A DNA stretch of 64,000 bases. It comes from an uncultured Pelagibacteraceae bacterium (GTDB lineage: Bacteria > Pseudomonadota > Alphaproteobacteria > Pelagibacterales > Pelagibacteraceae). Positions 51,663 to 61,471 of this stretch are shown in pieces (within the stretch, counting starts at the first letter, position 1; each line of letters opens with the position of its first letter). The notes beneath the pieces are model-generated. The model did not search any database and was not told the DNA's origin. It saw nothing but the letters and a program-made list of their open reading frames with translations. The stretch lies in the NCBI GenBank assembly GCA_902580945.1, contig CACHML010000006.1, positions 16,943 through 80,942 of the forward strand, written 5' to 3'. A program made the translations under genes and the position numbers.

Positions 51663-53104
51663 TAATAATTAAGACCAAAATGAGTATATTTAATATTTAA
51701 ATAATCCTTGATAGCCATTGATCCACCCTCTCTGCCATAACCTGTCTGTTTGATACCTCCAAAAGGAACTTCTGCAAACGCAATAGTAGGATGATTTACT
51801 GCACATGTTCCAGTTTCCATTTTTTCTGAGACTTTGTGAGCTTTTTCTAAAGAATTTGTATAAATATAGCTTGCCAAACCTAAGTCATTGTCGTTAGCTC
51901 TTTTAACAACTTCATCTGTATCTTTAAACGTAAGTAGTGGAACTAATGGTCCAAAAGGTTCTTCTTTTGCAATTGTAAAGTTATCTTGAACATTGTCAAA
52001 AATAGTAGGTTCATAAAAATATCCTTTATTAAAACCTGATGGTCTCTTTCCACCACATAAAACAGTTGCTCCTTCTTTTTTTGTTTTCTCGACTAATGCT
52101 TCTATTTCATTCAATCTCTTTTCTGTGGTTAATGGACCTAATATTGTGTCGTCATCCATTCCATTTCCAATTTTAAGTTTAGAAACTTTTTCAACTAATG
52201 TTTTTGCAAACTCATCTTTTTTCTTTTCATGTATATAAAATCTTGCTGGTGATATACAAACCTGGCCGTTATTTCTAAATTTTGCTGTTATTGCCATATC
52301 TGTAACTTTATTTATATCTACATCATCAAAAACTATAAAAGGTGAGTGACCACTTAATTCCATAGTAACTCTTTGCACTTTTTCAGCGGCTTGCTTTAAA
52401 ATAAGTTTACCAACTCTAGTCGATCCAGTAATAGAAACTTTTTTTACTATGTCAGAAGATATTAATTGTGATGAAATTTGTGCTGGATCACCTGATAATA
52501 AATTAACAACACCAGGAGGAACTCCTGCATCATTTATAATATTCATTAGTTCCATTACACTTCCCGGAGTAATAACATCTGGCTTACATATAACTGAGCA
52601 CCCAGCTGCTAAGGCAGTTGAAATTTTTCTAGAAGATAAAACTATTGGAAAATTCCATGGTATTAATCCTGCAACAACACCAACAGGCTCGTATTTTACA
52701 TACATTCGTGTGTGTTCAAATCTGCTCTCTACTATCTGGCCATATATTCTTTTTGTTTCTTCAGAATTCCATTCAAAAATATCTGCTGCTCCTCCTACTT
52801 CTCCTTTTGCTTCTGACAAAGGTTTTCCAACTTCTAATGTAAGCCATTTTGCTAGTACATCAGTTCTCTCTCTCATAAGATCTGCAATATTTCTTATAAT
52901 TTTTGATCTTTGCCAAGGTGGAGTATTTCTCCAAACTTCAAGACCTTTTTCAGCTGACTTAAGAGCTTTATTTACATCTTCTTCTCCAGCTTTTGATGCT
53001 TTGCCAATTACTTCTTCAGTTGCCGGATTTAACACATCGTAAGTTTCATTATTTTGAGATGGTTGCCATTTACCATCAATGAATTGTCCAAATTTGCTAT
53101 ACAT
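51662..53104 (-). CDS. NAD(P)-dependent aldehyde dehydrogenase
   Basis: WNFP, ELSGHSP (catalytic Glu region), GQVCISP (catalytic Cys), EEPFGP. Its stop overlaps the aldolase start by 1 nt. Confidence 0.9.
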   Translation of the reverse strand: MYSKFGQFIDGKWQPSQNNETYDVLNPATEEVIGKASKAGEEDVNKALKSAEKGLEVWRNTPPWQRSKIIRNIADLMRERTDVLAKWLTLEVGKPLSEAKGEVGGAADIFEWNSEETKRIYGQIVESRFEHTRMYVKYEPVGVVAGLIPWNFPIVLSSRKISTALAAGCSVICKPDVITPGSVMELMNIINDAGVPPGVVNLLSGDPAQISSQLISSDIVKKVSITGSTRVGKLILKQAAEKVQRVTMELSGHSPFIVFDDVDINKVTDMAITAKFRNNGQVCISPARFYIHEKKKDEFAKTLVEKVSKLKIGNGMDDDTILGPLTTEKRLNEIEALVEKTKKEGATVLCGGKRPSGFNKGYFYEPTIFDNVQDNFTIAKEEPFGPLVPLLTFKDTDEVVKRANDNDLGLASYIYTNSLEKAHKVSEKMETGTCAVNHPTIAFAEVPFGGIKQTGYGREGGSMAIKDYLNIKYTHFGLNY

Positions 53105-53159
53105 AATTTTTATTTTATGGTTTATTAGTTGAATTTTTGAGGAGAATATAACTAGAAAA

Positions 53160-55004
53160 ATGAAAAAAATAAAGCTTACTTGCGCTCATGCTTTAGTTAA
53201 ACATCTAATAGCTCAAAAAATCTATATAGATGGTAAAGTTGAGCCTTTATTTCCAGGGGCATTTGGTATTTTTGGTCATGGGAATGTTGCGTGCATAGGT
53301 CAAGCATTAGAAGAAAATAAGGATAAACTTCCAACTTATAGAGGGCACCATGAACAAAATATGGCTTTAACAGGCATTGCTTTTGCAAGAGCTAAACGCA
53401 GAAAACAAATTTTTATTGCAACAAGTTCTGTTGGGCCTGGATCTACAAATTTAGTCACTGCGTCTGCAGTAGCGATGAGTAATAGATTACCTATTTTATT
53501 TTTACCTGGAGATACTTATGCGAATAGAATGCCAGATCCTGTACTACAGCAAGTAGAGCATTTTTCAAATCCAGGAATGACAGCAAACGACTCTTTTAAA
53601 CCAGTTACAAAATATTTTGATAGAATTACAAGACCTGAACAAATAATACAATCTCTTCCACAAGCAATTCAAACAATGCTTGATCCTGCAGATACTGGTC
53701 CAGCGTGTTTATCTTTATGTCAAGACGTGCAAGGAGAAATATTTGATTATTCAGAGGAATTTTTTAAAGAAAGAATACATAATATAAGAAGACCTAAACC
53801 AGATGATTTTCAAATTAAACAAGCAATGGAAAAAATTAAAAAATCAAAAAAACCAATTATTATTTCTGGGGGAGGTGTTTTCTATTCAGATGCAATGGAT
53901 GAATTAGGAAGTTTTGCCATAAAACATAACATACCAGTTACACAAACAGTGATGGGATACTCAACAATGAAAAGAGATCATTCTCATTTTCTCGGACCAA
54001 TAGGAGGCCTTGGTGGTAGAGCCGCAAATAACTTAGCAAAAGAAACTGATTTAGCTATTTGTGTTGGTACGAAATTGGCAGATTTTACAACAGGTTCGTG
54101 GGCTAATTTTGAAAATCCTGAATTTAAATTGGTTTCAATTAATATTGCAAGACATGATGCAAACAAACATTTAGCCGAGGCAGTTATTGGAGATGCTAAA
54201 GTTTGTTTATCAGAGTTATCAAATTCTTTAGGAAATTGGAAATCTCCTGACAGTTGGCATAAAAAATCACAAGACGAACTTAAATCTTGGAATGAGTATG
54301 TTGATAAAGAAAGCGGTCCAACAAACCAAGAAACACCAAACTATGCACATGCCGTAGGGGCAATTTATCGAAATTCAGATCCAACAGATATAGCAGTTAC
54401 TGCTGCTGGTGGGTTGGTTGGTGAGGTAGTCCAAGTCTGGAGACCAAAAGAGCTAAATACGCATGAAACTGAATGGGGTTTTAGTTGCATGAGTTATGAA
54501 ATTTCTGGTGCGCTGGGAATTAAGATGGCAAATCCTGACAAAGACGTAATAGCTTTTGTGGGAGATGGTTCTTATTTGCTTAACAATTCAGACATCTATT
54601 CTTCAGTTTTAACAAATAACAAATTAATAATAATTGTTTGTGATAATGGAGGTCATGCAGTTATAAATAGACTTCAATTGTTTAAGGGTGGAAAAGAATT
54701 TAATTGCTTATTTAATTCATCTAATATTCAAAATTTTAAAGAAGTAAATTTTGCTCAACACGCAGCTAGCATGGGTGCAAAATCTGAGCATGTTTCCACT
54801 ATTTCAGAATTAGAGGAAGCATTTAAAAGAGCTAAAAAATCAGATGTAACATATGTAATATCAATAAAAACTCATAGTTACGAATGGCTTGAAGGTTCAG
54901 CTTACTGGGAAAGTCCTACGCTTGAAATACCAACAACGAAAGAAAATGAGGAAGCTTTAAAACTTCATAAAGAAGGTAAAGCAAAACAAAGACAAGGTGT
55001 CTGA
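53160..55004 (+). CDS. iolD: 3D-(3,5/4)-trihydroxycyclohexane-1,2-dione acylhydrolase (ThDP-dependent)
   Basis: KIKLTCAHALVKHL...FGIFGHGNV...DPVLQQVE...RITRPEQ...GDGSYLL blocks match the recalled B. subtilis IolD end to end. Confidence 0.9.
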   Translation: MKKIKLTCAHALVKHLIAQKIYIDGKVEPLFPGAFGIFGHGNVACIGQALEENKDKLPTYRGHHEQNMALTGIAFARAKRRKQIFIATSSVGPGSTNLVTASAVAMSNRLPILFLPGDTYANRMPDPVLQQVEHFSNPGMTANDSFKPVTKYFDRITRPEQIIQSLPQAIQTMLDPADTGPACLSLCQDVQGEIFDYSEEFFKERIHNIRRPKPDDFQIKQAMEKIKKSKKPIIISGGGVFYSDAMDELGSFAIKHNIPVTQTVMGYSTMKRDHSHFLGPIGGLGGRAANNLAKETDLAICVGTKLADFTTGSWANFENPEFKLVSINIARHDANKHLAEAVIGDAKVCLSELSNSLGNWKSPDSWHKKSQDELKSWNEYVDKESGPTNQETPNYAHAVGAIYRNSDPTDIAVTAAGGLVGEVVQVWRPKELNTHETEWGFSCMSYEISGALGIKMANPDKDVIAFVGDGSYLLNNSDIYSSVLTNNKLIIIVCDNGGHAVINRLQLFKGGKEFNCLFNSSNIQNFKEVNFAQHAASMGAKSEHVSTISELEEAFKRAKKSDVTYVISIKTHSYEWLEGSAYWESPTLEIPTTKENEEALKLHKEGKAKQRQGV

Positions 55005-55013
55005 TTTCCTTAT

Positions 55014-56171
55014 ATGAACAAAGTTTTCAAAGTTGGTCTTATTGGTTGTGGACATATTGCAGAAACTTATTTTAGAGCAGAGAAATATTTTAATAATATC
55101 AAAATAATTAAATGCGCAGATATTAATTTAAAAGCTGCAGAAAAATGTTCTAAAGAATATGGAATCAAATTTTTAAGTGTAAATGAAATTCTAAAAGATC
55201 AAGAAGTAGAAATTATTTTAAATTTAACTATCCCAAAAGCTCATTACGAAATTTCAAAGAGAGCTTTATTAAATGGTAAACATGTTTACTCAGAGAAACC
55301 ATTGGCAATTAATTTAAAGGATGGAAAAGAACTTTTAAAAATTTCTAGAAGGAAAAAGTTATATCTTGGTAATGCACCAGATACATTTTTAGGAGGCGGA
55401 ATTCAAAAATCAAAAGAGCTAGTTGAAAAAAATATAATTGGAAAAATAAAATTAGGTAATGCTGTTTTTGCCTTTCCTGGAATTCAATCATATCACCCTA
55501 ATCCAGAACCATGGTTTGCAAAACTTGAAGGAGGTCCTGTAATTGATATGGGACCATATTACATTACAGCTTTAGTAAACCTTTTAGGACCTGCAAAGAA
55601 AGTTAGTGGGAGAATAATAAATGGTTCAAAATACAGAACAATTGGAATTGGACCAAAAAAAGGTAGAAAATTTAAAGTTAATTGCCCAACAACCTATCTA
55701 TCTACAATCACCTTTAAAAATAACACAGTAATTAGATTGACGTTATCTTTTGATGTCATTGCTCACCAAAGAAATCATATTGAGCTATATGGTGAAAAAG
55801 GTTCAATGATTGTCCCTGATCCAAATATGTTTGGAGGATCAGTATTCACATGTAAAAAACTTGGAGATAATTGGAAAGAATTTAAAACTACAAAAATGCA
55901 TTTAGGTAAAATTAATATAAGAACACAAAGTTCAAGAGCAAATGAAGCTCCAACTAATGCAAACTATAGAGGTGCAGGACTTTCAGAAATGGCTTATTCA
56001 ATCGAAAAAAAAAGAAAACATTTATGCAATGGTGAAATTTCTTTGCATGTCCTTGATATAATTACTTCAATTATGAAAGCTTCAAAGTCTGGTGTTAATC
56101 AATCAATAAATACTGACTGTGTTAAACCAAAAAAGTTTACAAATATTGATATAAGAAAAATAATTAGATAG
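55014..56171 (+). CDS. Gfo/Idh/MocA-family oxidoreductase
   Basis: VGLIGCGHIA Rossmann motif and SEKPLA motif, 385 aa. Confidence 0.8.
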   Translation: MNKVFKVGLIGCGHIAETYFRAEKYFNNIKIIKCADINLKAAEKCSKEYGIKFLSVNEILKDQEVEIILNLTIPKAHYEISKRALLNGKHVYSEKPLAINLKDGKELLKISRRKKLYLGNAPDTFLGGGIQKSKELVEKNIIGKIKLGNAVFAFPGIQSYHPNPEPWFAKLEGGPVIDMGPYYITALVNLLGPAKKVSGRIINGSKYRTIGIGPKKGRKFKVNCPTTYLSTITFKNNTVIRLTLSFDVIAHQRNHIELYGEKGSMIVPDPNMFGGSVFTCKKLGDNWKEFKTTKMHLGKINIRTQSSRANEAPTNANYRGAGLSEMAYSIEKKRKHLCNGEISLHVLDIITSIMKASKSGVNQSINTDCVKPKKFTNIDIRKIIR

Positions 56172-56180
56172 AGCAAAGAT

Positions 56181-57203
56181 ATGATTAAACCTATTGTAAT
56201 TTCTGATCCTTATCCAAGAACTTTGGATTTAATTTTTACTAAGACAAAATTAAAAGAACTAAAAAACAAATATAAAATAATAGTTGCTCCAAAAAAAAAT
56301 AAAAAAAAATTTTATGAAAACAATATTGGCAAGGCAACATTTATCATGGGTCAACCTAATTTAGACAAACATTTGTTGTCTAAGGCATCAAAATTAAAAT
56401 GTATTATAAATGTAGAAAGTAATTTTATGGATAATTTAGACTATGATTATTGTTTCAAAAAAAATATTCATGTTATTGCAACTTCACCAGTATTTTCAAA
56501 GCCAGTAGCTGAAATAGCTTTAGGTATGACATTGTCTCTTTTAAGAAATATTCACAATGCACATTTTGATTTTATTAAATCTAAAGAGAAATATGGTTTA
56601 GAAAGTAATTTAGAAGCTTCACTTCTGACAAATAAAAAAATTGGGTTAATAGGGTTTGGAGACTTAGCAAAATCTTTATATCCTTTACTTTTGCCATTCT
56701 CAAAAAATATTAATGTATATGATCCATGGATACCTAAAAATAAAATAAAAAAAATTGGATTTAACCCAATTAATTTGAATAAAATGTTTAGTAGTTGTGA
56801 AGTAATTTATGTATTAGCCACAATCACTAAAAAGAATAAACATTTAATTGATAAGAAATTATTAAATAAAATGAAATCTGGCACTGTTTTTATTTTAATG
56901 AGTAGAGCAGCAATAGTTAATTTTAAAGATTTGATTAAGAGAATTAAAAAGGGAGATATTTATGTCGCAACCGATGTCTTTCCAGATGAACCAGTAAAAA
57001 AAAATGATCCAATAAGAAAGTTAAAAAATACACTATTTTCTGCTCATAGAGCTGGTGCTTTAGAAGAAGCTTTTTATAATATGGGTGAAATAGTTTTGAA
57101 AGATATGAAGCTTATTTTAAAAAATATGCCACCTAAATTCTGTAAAAGAGCTCAAAGAAAAACTGTAAAACTCTTAGCCTCAAAACCAGTTGCAATTAAC
57201 TGA
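56181..57203 (+). CDS. D-2-hydroxyacid dehydrogenase-like NAD-binding protein
   Basis: IGLIGFGDLAKSL, SRAAIV, TDVFPDEP and SAHRAG (catalytic His region). Confidence 0.7.
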   Translation: MIKPIVISDPYPRTLDLIFTKTKLKELKNKYKIIVAPKKNKKKFYENNIGKATFIMGQPNLDKHLLSKASKLKCIINVESNFMDNLDYDYCFKKNIHVIATSPVFSKPVAEIALGMTLSLLRNIHNAHFDFIKSKEKYGLESNLEASLLTNKKIGLIGFGDLAKSLYPLLLPFSKNINVYDPWIPKNKIKKIGFNPINLNKMFSSCEVIYVLATITKKNKHLIDKKLLNKMKSGTVFILMSRAAIVNFKDLIKRIKKGDIYVATDVFPDEPVKKNDPIRKLKNTLFSAHRAGALEEAFYNMGEIVLKDMKLILKNMPPKFCKRAQRKTVKLLASKPVAIN

Positions 57204-57225
57204 TTTTTTTATATTTTCTTAGATT

Positions 57226-57976
57226 ATGTCATCTGCCAATCAATTATTATTAGAAGCCAAAAATGTTACAAAATACTTTGGCACAATTACTGCTCTTGAA
57301 AACGTAAACCTTAAAATTCATGCAGGTGAATGCTTAGGAGTTGTAGGAGACAATGGAGCAGGAAAAACAACATTAATGAAGGTTTTATCTGGCCTATATA
57401 AACCAAGTGCAGGCTCTTTACATTTTGAAGGAAAAGAAAAAGTTTTAGAAAGTCCCAGAGATTCTCAAAACTTAGGTTTAGAAATGGTTTATCAAGATTT
57501 AGCTTTAGCAGGCAATCTTCCAATAGGCGAAAATATTTTTTTAGGCCGTGAACCAACTACTAATTTGGGATTATTAAAGTTTCTTGATTATAAAAAAATA
57601 AAAGAACTTACAGAAGCACATCTAGGCAAACTTAAAATAAATGTAAAGAGTGCAGATCAAAAAGTCGAGGAACTTTCAGGTGGACAAAGACAAGCAGTTG
57701 CAATTGCAAGATCAACAGCATTCAATGCAAAAGTAGTGATTATGGACGAACCAACAGCAGCATTAGCTATTAAAGAAGTTGGTAAGGTTTTGGATTTAAT
57801 AAATAGTCTGAAAAAAAACTGGCGTAGGCGTAATTGTGATCAGTCATAGAATGGATGATATTTTTGCAGTTTGTGACCGAGTAATGGCATTGTTTCAAGG
57901 AACGAATTTTGCAGAATCTGAATTATCAAACACTTCAAGAGATGAAGTTATTGGATGGATAATGGGTAAAAAATAA
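57226..57976 (+). pseudogene. sugar ABC transporter ATP-binding protein (single NBD), reading frame broken by one extra base in an A8 run at 57811-57818
   Basis: Frame A carries Walker A GDNGAGKTT, LSGGQRQ and Walker B VVIMDEPT, then stops at 57849. The +1 frame from 57821 reads GVGVIVISHRMDDIFAVCDRV... (H-loop) to a TAA at 57974-57976. An A7 run would give LKKTGVGVIVISHR. Confidence 0.8.
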
Positions 57977-57978
57977 TC

Positions 57979-58992
57979 ATGGACTCAAAAGATCAAGATA
58001 AAGACTCTTTATATCTAAAACTCATTCCTTACTTTGAGAAATACGGAATATTATTATTATTAGTTATAATGATAGTTGTTATGCATTTTCTTCAACCTGA
58101 TGTTTTTTTATCATGGAGAAATGTAACAAATGTTTTCAAACAAATATCTTGGCAGTCAATGCTAGCTTTAGGAGTATTTATGGTGATTGTAACTGCTGGT
58201 ATAGATCTTTCAGTTGGATCTATAATGATGTTGTCACTAATGATACTTGCAATTGTCGCTAAGGCTGGTGCTCCATGGTATATTGTTGTTATCACACCTC
58301 TTATAGCTGGATTTCTATGTGGGTTATTTAATGGTTTAGGGATTACATTACTAAGGATGCCTCATCCGTTTATAATGACACTAGGTACATTATATATATT
58401 TAGAGGTACAGGTAATTTAATTTCTGGCGGAACTCCGATAAGTGGCTTCACAGATGAAGTGAGATACCTTGGGCATGGAAGAATTGATTTAACTTGGCTT
58501 GGTTTAGAAAAGTCGCAATACCTTCCTGTTAGTTTAGTTCTTATTGCAATTGTCTATATAATATTTTGGATATTCATGAACAAAACCCGGACAGGGAAAT
58601 GGATATATGCAATTGGTGGAAATCCAAATGCAGCAAGAGCCTCAGGTATTAATGTAAATAAAATTCTTGTAATAGTTTATTCGCTTTGTGGTTTTTTATC
58701 TGGTATTGGAGCTTTAATTCTAGCTGGTAGAACAGACTCAGGTTATCCAAATGCAGGATTACAGTCTGAATTAGACGCTATTGCAGCATGTATTATCGGA
58801 GGCGCTAGTTTTTTTGGAGGAAGAGGCACTGTTTTAGGCGTTTTTGCAGGAGTGATGATAATGGGAATTTTAAGAAATGGTCTTAATTTGATGGATGTGA
58901 GTTCGTTTTGGCAACAAGTATTAATTGGATCAATTATAGTACTAGCTGTTTATGTTGATGTATTGAGAAGAGATTTCGGGACAAGAAAATAA
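57979..58992 (+). CDS. ribose/monosaccharide-type ABC transporter permease
   Basis: RbsC-like BPD_transp_2 pattern: ~9 TM helices, GIDLSVGS and GGNPNAARASGINV motifs. Confidence 0.9.
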   Translation: MDSKDQDKDSLYLKLIPYFEKYGILLLLVIMIVVMHFLQPDVFLSWRNVTNVFKQISWQSMLALGVFMVIVTAGIDLSVGSIMMLSLMILAIVAKAGAPWYIVVITPLIAGFLCGLFNGLGITLLRMPHPFIMTLGTLYIFRGTGNLISGGTPISGFTDEVRYLGHGRIDLTWLGLEKSQYLPVSLVLIAIVYIIFWIFMNKTRTGKWIYAIGGNPNAARASGINVNKILVIVYSLCGFLSGIGALILAGRTDSGYPNAGLQSELDAIAACIIGGASFFGGRGTVLGVFAGVMIMGILRNGLNLMDVSSFWQQVLIGSIIVLAVYVDVLRRDFGTRK

Positions 58993-59097
58993 AACACGCG
59001 TTAGTTGAAACTAAAAATAGTTACCATTGTAACAGTTGAATTTTTTTAAAAAATTTTATTAAATTGAGGTTTAATAATTATTAAAGGGGATAAATTA

Positions 59098-60021
59098 ATG
59101 AGTAAATTGTTTAAATTAATAGGTGCTTTTACAGCATCTGTTTTTCTTCTTTTAAGTATTACAACAAGTGTTAGTGCTGAGAAGAAAATTTTATTTAGTA
59201 TAAAAGGACCTGGTTCAGGAAACCCATTTTGGGCTTCAGTGACTAAAGGTGCAGAAGAAGAAGCTGCAAAATTAGGTGTAAAACTAATTTTGATTGCTCC
59301 ACCACAAGAGGGAGATGTTCAAGCACAAATTAACCAAGTGGAAGATCAACTTGCAAAAGGTGTTGACGCTCTAGCTCTTGCACCAGGAGATCCAAACGCT
59401 TTTGCTCCAATAGTAGACGATGCTATTAAGAGTGGAGTTCCAGTTGTATTTGTTGATACAAAAGGAATTAACGAAGGTGTTACTTTTATAGGAACAAATA
59501 ATATGAATGGTGCAGAATTAGCTGCAAAATTTATTTGTGATAAAACTCCAAAAGGATCAGATGTTGCAATTCTTACAGGGATTGAGTCTCAATCAACTGC
59601 ATTATTAAGAAGAGATGGTGCAATTAAAGGATTTAAAAATTGTGGTTTAAATCTTGTTGCTACTCAAACTGCTGAATGGGATACTGCAAAAGGTAGATCG
59701 GTTACTGAGTCAATCATTTTGAAAAATCCTAACATCAAAGCAATATTTGCTTCTAACGATAATATGGGCTTAGGTGCAATGCAAGCTCTTAAGGATGCTG
59801 ATATGAATGATGTAATAGTTGTTGGTTTTGATGCTACTCCTGATGCTGCTACAAGTATCTTAAAAGGAGAGATGACTGCAACAATAGCTCAGTTCTCATA
59901 CAACATGGGTGCATATGGAGTAAAATATGCTCTTGAGTTAGCTAATGGTGGAAGTATCGATCCTAATATTGATACTGGTACACAATTAGTAACAAAAGCA
60001 AACGCTAACGATTTTAAATAA
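59098..60021 (+). CDS. periplasmic monosaccharide-binding protein (RbsB-like)
   Basis: Signal peptide and a type I periplasmic binding fold pattern (GNPFW, VVFVD, NDNMGLGA, VVGFD). Strong AGGGGA ribosome-binding site upstream. Confidence 0.9.
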   Translation: MSKLFKLIGAFTASVFLLLSITTSVSAEKKILFSIKGPGSGNPFWASVTKGAEEEAAKLGVKLILIAPPQEGDVQAQINQVEDQLAKGVDALALAPGDPNAFAPIVDDAIKSGVPVVFVDTKGINEGVTFIGTNNMNGAELAAKFICDKTPKGSDVAILTGIESQSTALLRRDGAIKGFKNCGLNLVATQTAEWDTAKGRSVTESIILKNPNIKAIFASNDNMGLGAMQALKDADMNDVIVVGFDATPDAATSILKGEMTATIAQFSYNMGAYGVKYALELANGGSIDPNIDTGTQLVTKANANDFK

Positions 60022-60040
60022 TCTTTAGAAAATTAAAATT

Positions 60041-60074
60041 AAAAGGGTGGAATTTTATTTCACCCTTTTTTTTT
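60041..60074 (+). terminator. rho-independent terminator after the binding-protein gene
   Basis: AAAAGGGTG-(11 nt loop)-CACCCTTTT stem followed by a run of nine T in total. Confidence 0.75.
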
Positions 60075-60092
60075 ATGTAATATAGTACTTCA

Positions 60093-60557
60093 ATGTTAAT
60101 TAATATTAATCCAATTTTAAATCCTGAACTTTTATATCAATTAAGAGCAATGGGCCATGGTGATAAATTAGTTTTAACAGATGCTAATTTTCCTGCTTAT
60201 TCACACTCTATAAATAATAAAGTAATTAGACTAGATGGTGTTAATATCTATGAAGCTGCAAAAGCTATTCTTTCAGTATTTCCACTGGATAGTTTTATAG
60301 ATTCTTCTGCTGAAAGAATGCAAGTTGATAATAAACCAGATGAATTAACTGAGTGTCACAAAGATTTTATAAAAGCTGTGAAAGAAACTTCTGGAGAAAA
60401 TTGGAAAGTTGGTTCAATCGAGAGGCAAGAATTTTATAAAGTAGCAAAAAAATCTCAATTAATCGTATCTACTTCTGAAACAAGGCCTTATGGATGTTTT
60501 ATACTAACAAAAGGAGTAATTAAACCAGATGGTAGCGTTTGGGTTCTTGATAAATAA
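60093..60557 (+). CDS. RbsD/FucU-family sugar mutarotase/pyranase
   Basis: LNPELLYQLRAMGHGDKLVLTDANFP motif (HGD) and ~150 aa length. Confidence 0.85.
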   Translation: MLININPILNPELLYQLRAMGHGDKLVLTDANFPAYSHSINNKVIRLDGVNIYEAAKAILSVFPLDSFIDSSAERMQVDNKPDELTECHKDFIKAVKETSGENWKVGSIERQEFYKVAKKSQLIVSTSETRPYGCFILTKGVIKPDGSVWVLDK

Positions 60558-61471
60558 TGAACTCTATATGCATTTTTGGAGTATTCGTAGCTGACCTATG
60601 TTTCTTTGCTGAAAAAATTCCTGTTAAAGGAGAAACAGTTTTAGGTAAAAATCATATAATTGGACCAGGAGGCAAAGGATCTAATCAAGCGATTGCTGCT
60701 GCAAGACTTGGTGGAAATGTGAATTTTATTACTAAAATAGGAAATGATCAAAATGCTAAGATGGCCCTCAAGCTTTATAAAGAAGCTGGAATTAATACAG
60801 GTTCAATAATCCAAGATCCAAATCAGTCAACAGGTGTTGCAGGTATAATGATAAATGAAAAAACGGGGGATAATGCTATCAATATTGTACCAGGAGCAGC
60901 TGGGTCGATATCTAATAAAGATATTGATAACAATATTGATTTTATAAAAAAATCAGAAATTTTTTTAACGCAACTAGAAACACCTAATGAAGTAACCAGT
61001 TATGCATTAAATAGAGCAAAAGAGACAGGCTCTGTTACAATTTTTAATCCAGCTCCTGCATCAGATATTAAAGAAAGTGATTTTAAATGTATTGATTATT
61101 TTACTCCTAACGAAACTGAAGCAAGTTTTTATTTAGGTAAAAAGGTTGATAGTAAAACAGAAATTGAAGAAGCTGCAAAAACTTTTTTAGCAAAAGGAGT
61201 AAAAAATATAGTTATAACATTAGGCCCAAAAGGTCTTTACTATGCAAATTCTGATGAAAGTTTTTTTATAGATGTTTATAGTTTAAAGGATGAAGTAATA
61301 GATACAACGGGAGCAGGTGATGCTTTTAATGGAGCATTTGCTTATGCTTTATCCAATAATTTAAAAATCAAAGATGCTTTAGAATTTTCAAATAAAGTAG
61401 CTGCAATTTCCACAACAAAAGCAGGCGCAGCAAATTCAATGCCTAGTATTAATGAAGTAGAAACTTACTAG
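60557..61471 (+). CDS. rbsK: ribokinase (PfkB family)
   Basis: GGKGSNQA, NPAP and DTTGAGDAFNGAF motifs. 1-nt overlap with the upstream mutarotase gene. Confidence 0.85.
   Translation: MNSICIFGVFVADLCFFAEKIPVKGETVLGKNHIIGPGGKGSNQAIAAARLGGNVNFITKIGNDQNAKMALKLYKEAGINTGSIIQDPNQSTGVAGIMINEKTGDNAINIVPGAAGSISNKDIDNNIDFIKKSEIFLTQLETPNEVTSYALNRAKETGSVTIFNPAPASDIKESDFKCIDYFTPNETEASFYLGKKVDSKTEIEEAAKTFLAKGVKNIVITLGPKGLYYANSDESFFIDVYSLKDEVIDTTGAGDAFNGAFAYALSNNLKIKDALEFSNKVAAISTTKAGAANSMPSINEVETY

Noticed and set aside
52449-53042. 197-aa ORF on the plus strand inside the aldehyde dehydrogenase gene. A 65-aa ORF at 52645-52842 with a poly-Leu run is nested in the same gene.
   Set aside because: Fully nested antisense to a gene with strong ALDH motifs. 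The translation is low-complexity and S/P/F/I/T-rich with no recognisable domain, and I saw no ribosome-binding site. Typical shadow ORF of a relatively GC-richer conserved gene.
58993-59097. Short palindromes between the permease and binding-protein genes as a defined operator or terminator.
   Set aside because: The stems are only 5 bp and AT-rich, which is easily produced by chance in this composition. Mentioned only as context in the transport-module finding.
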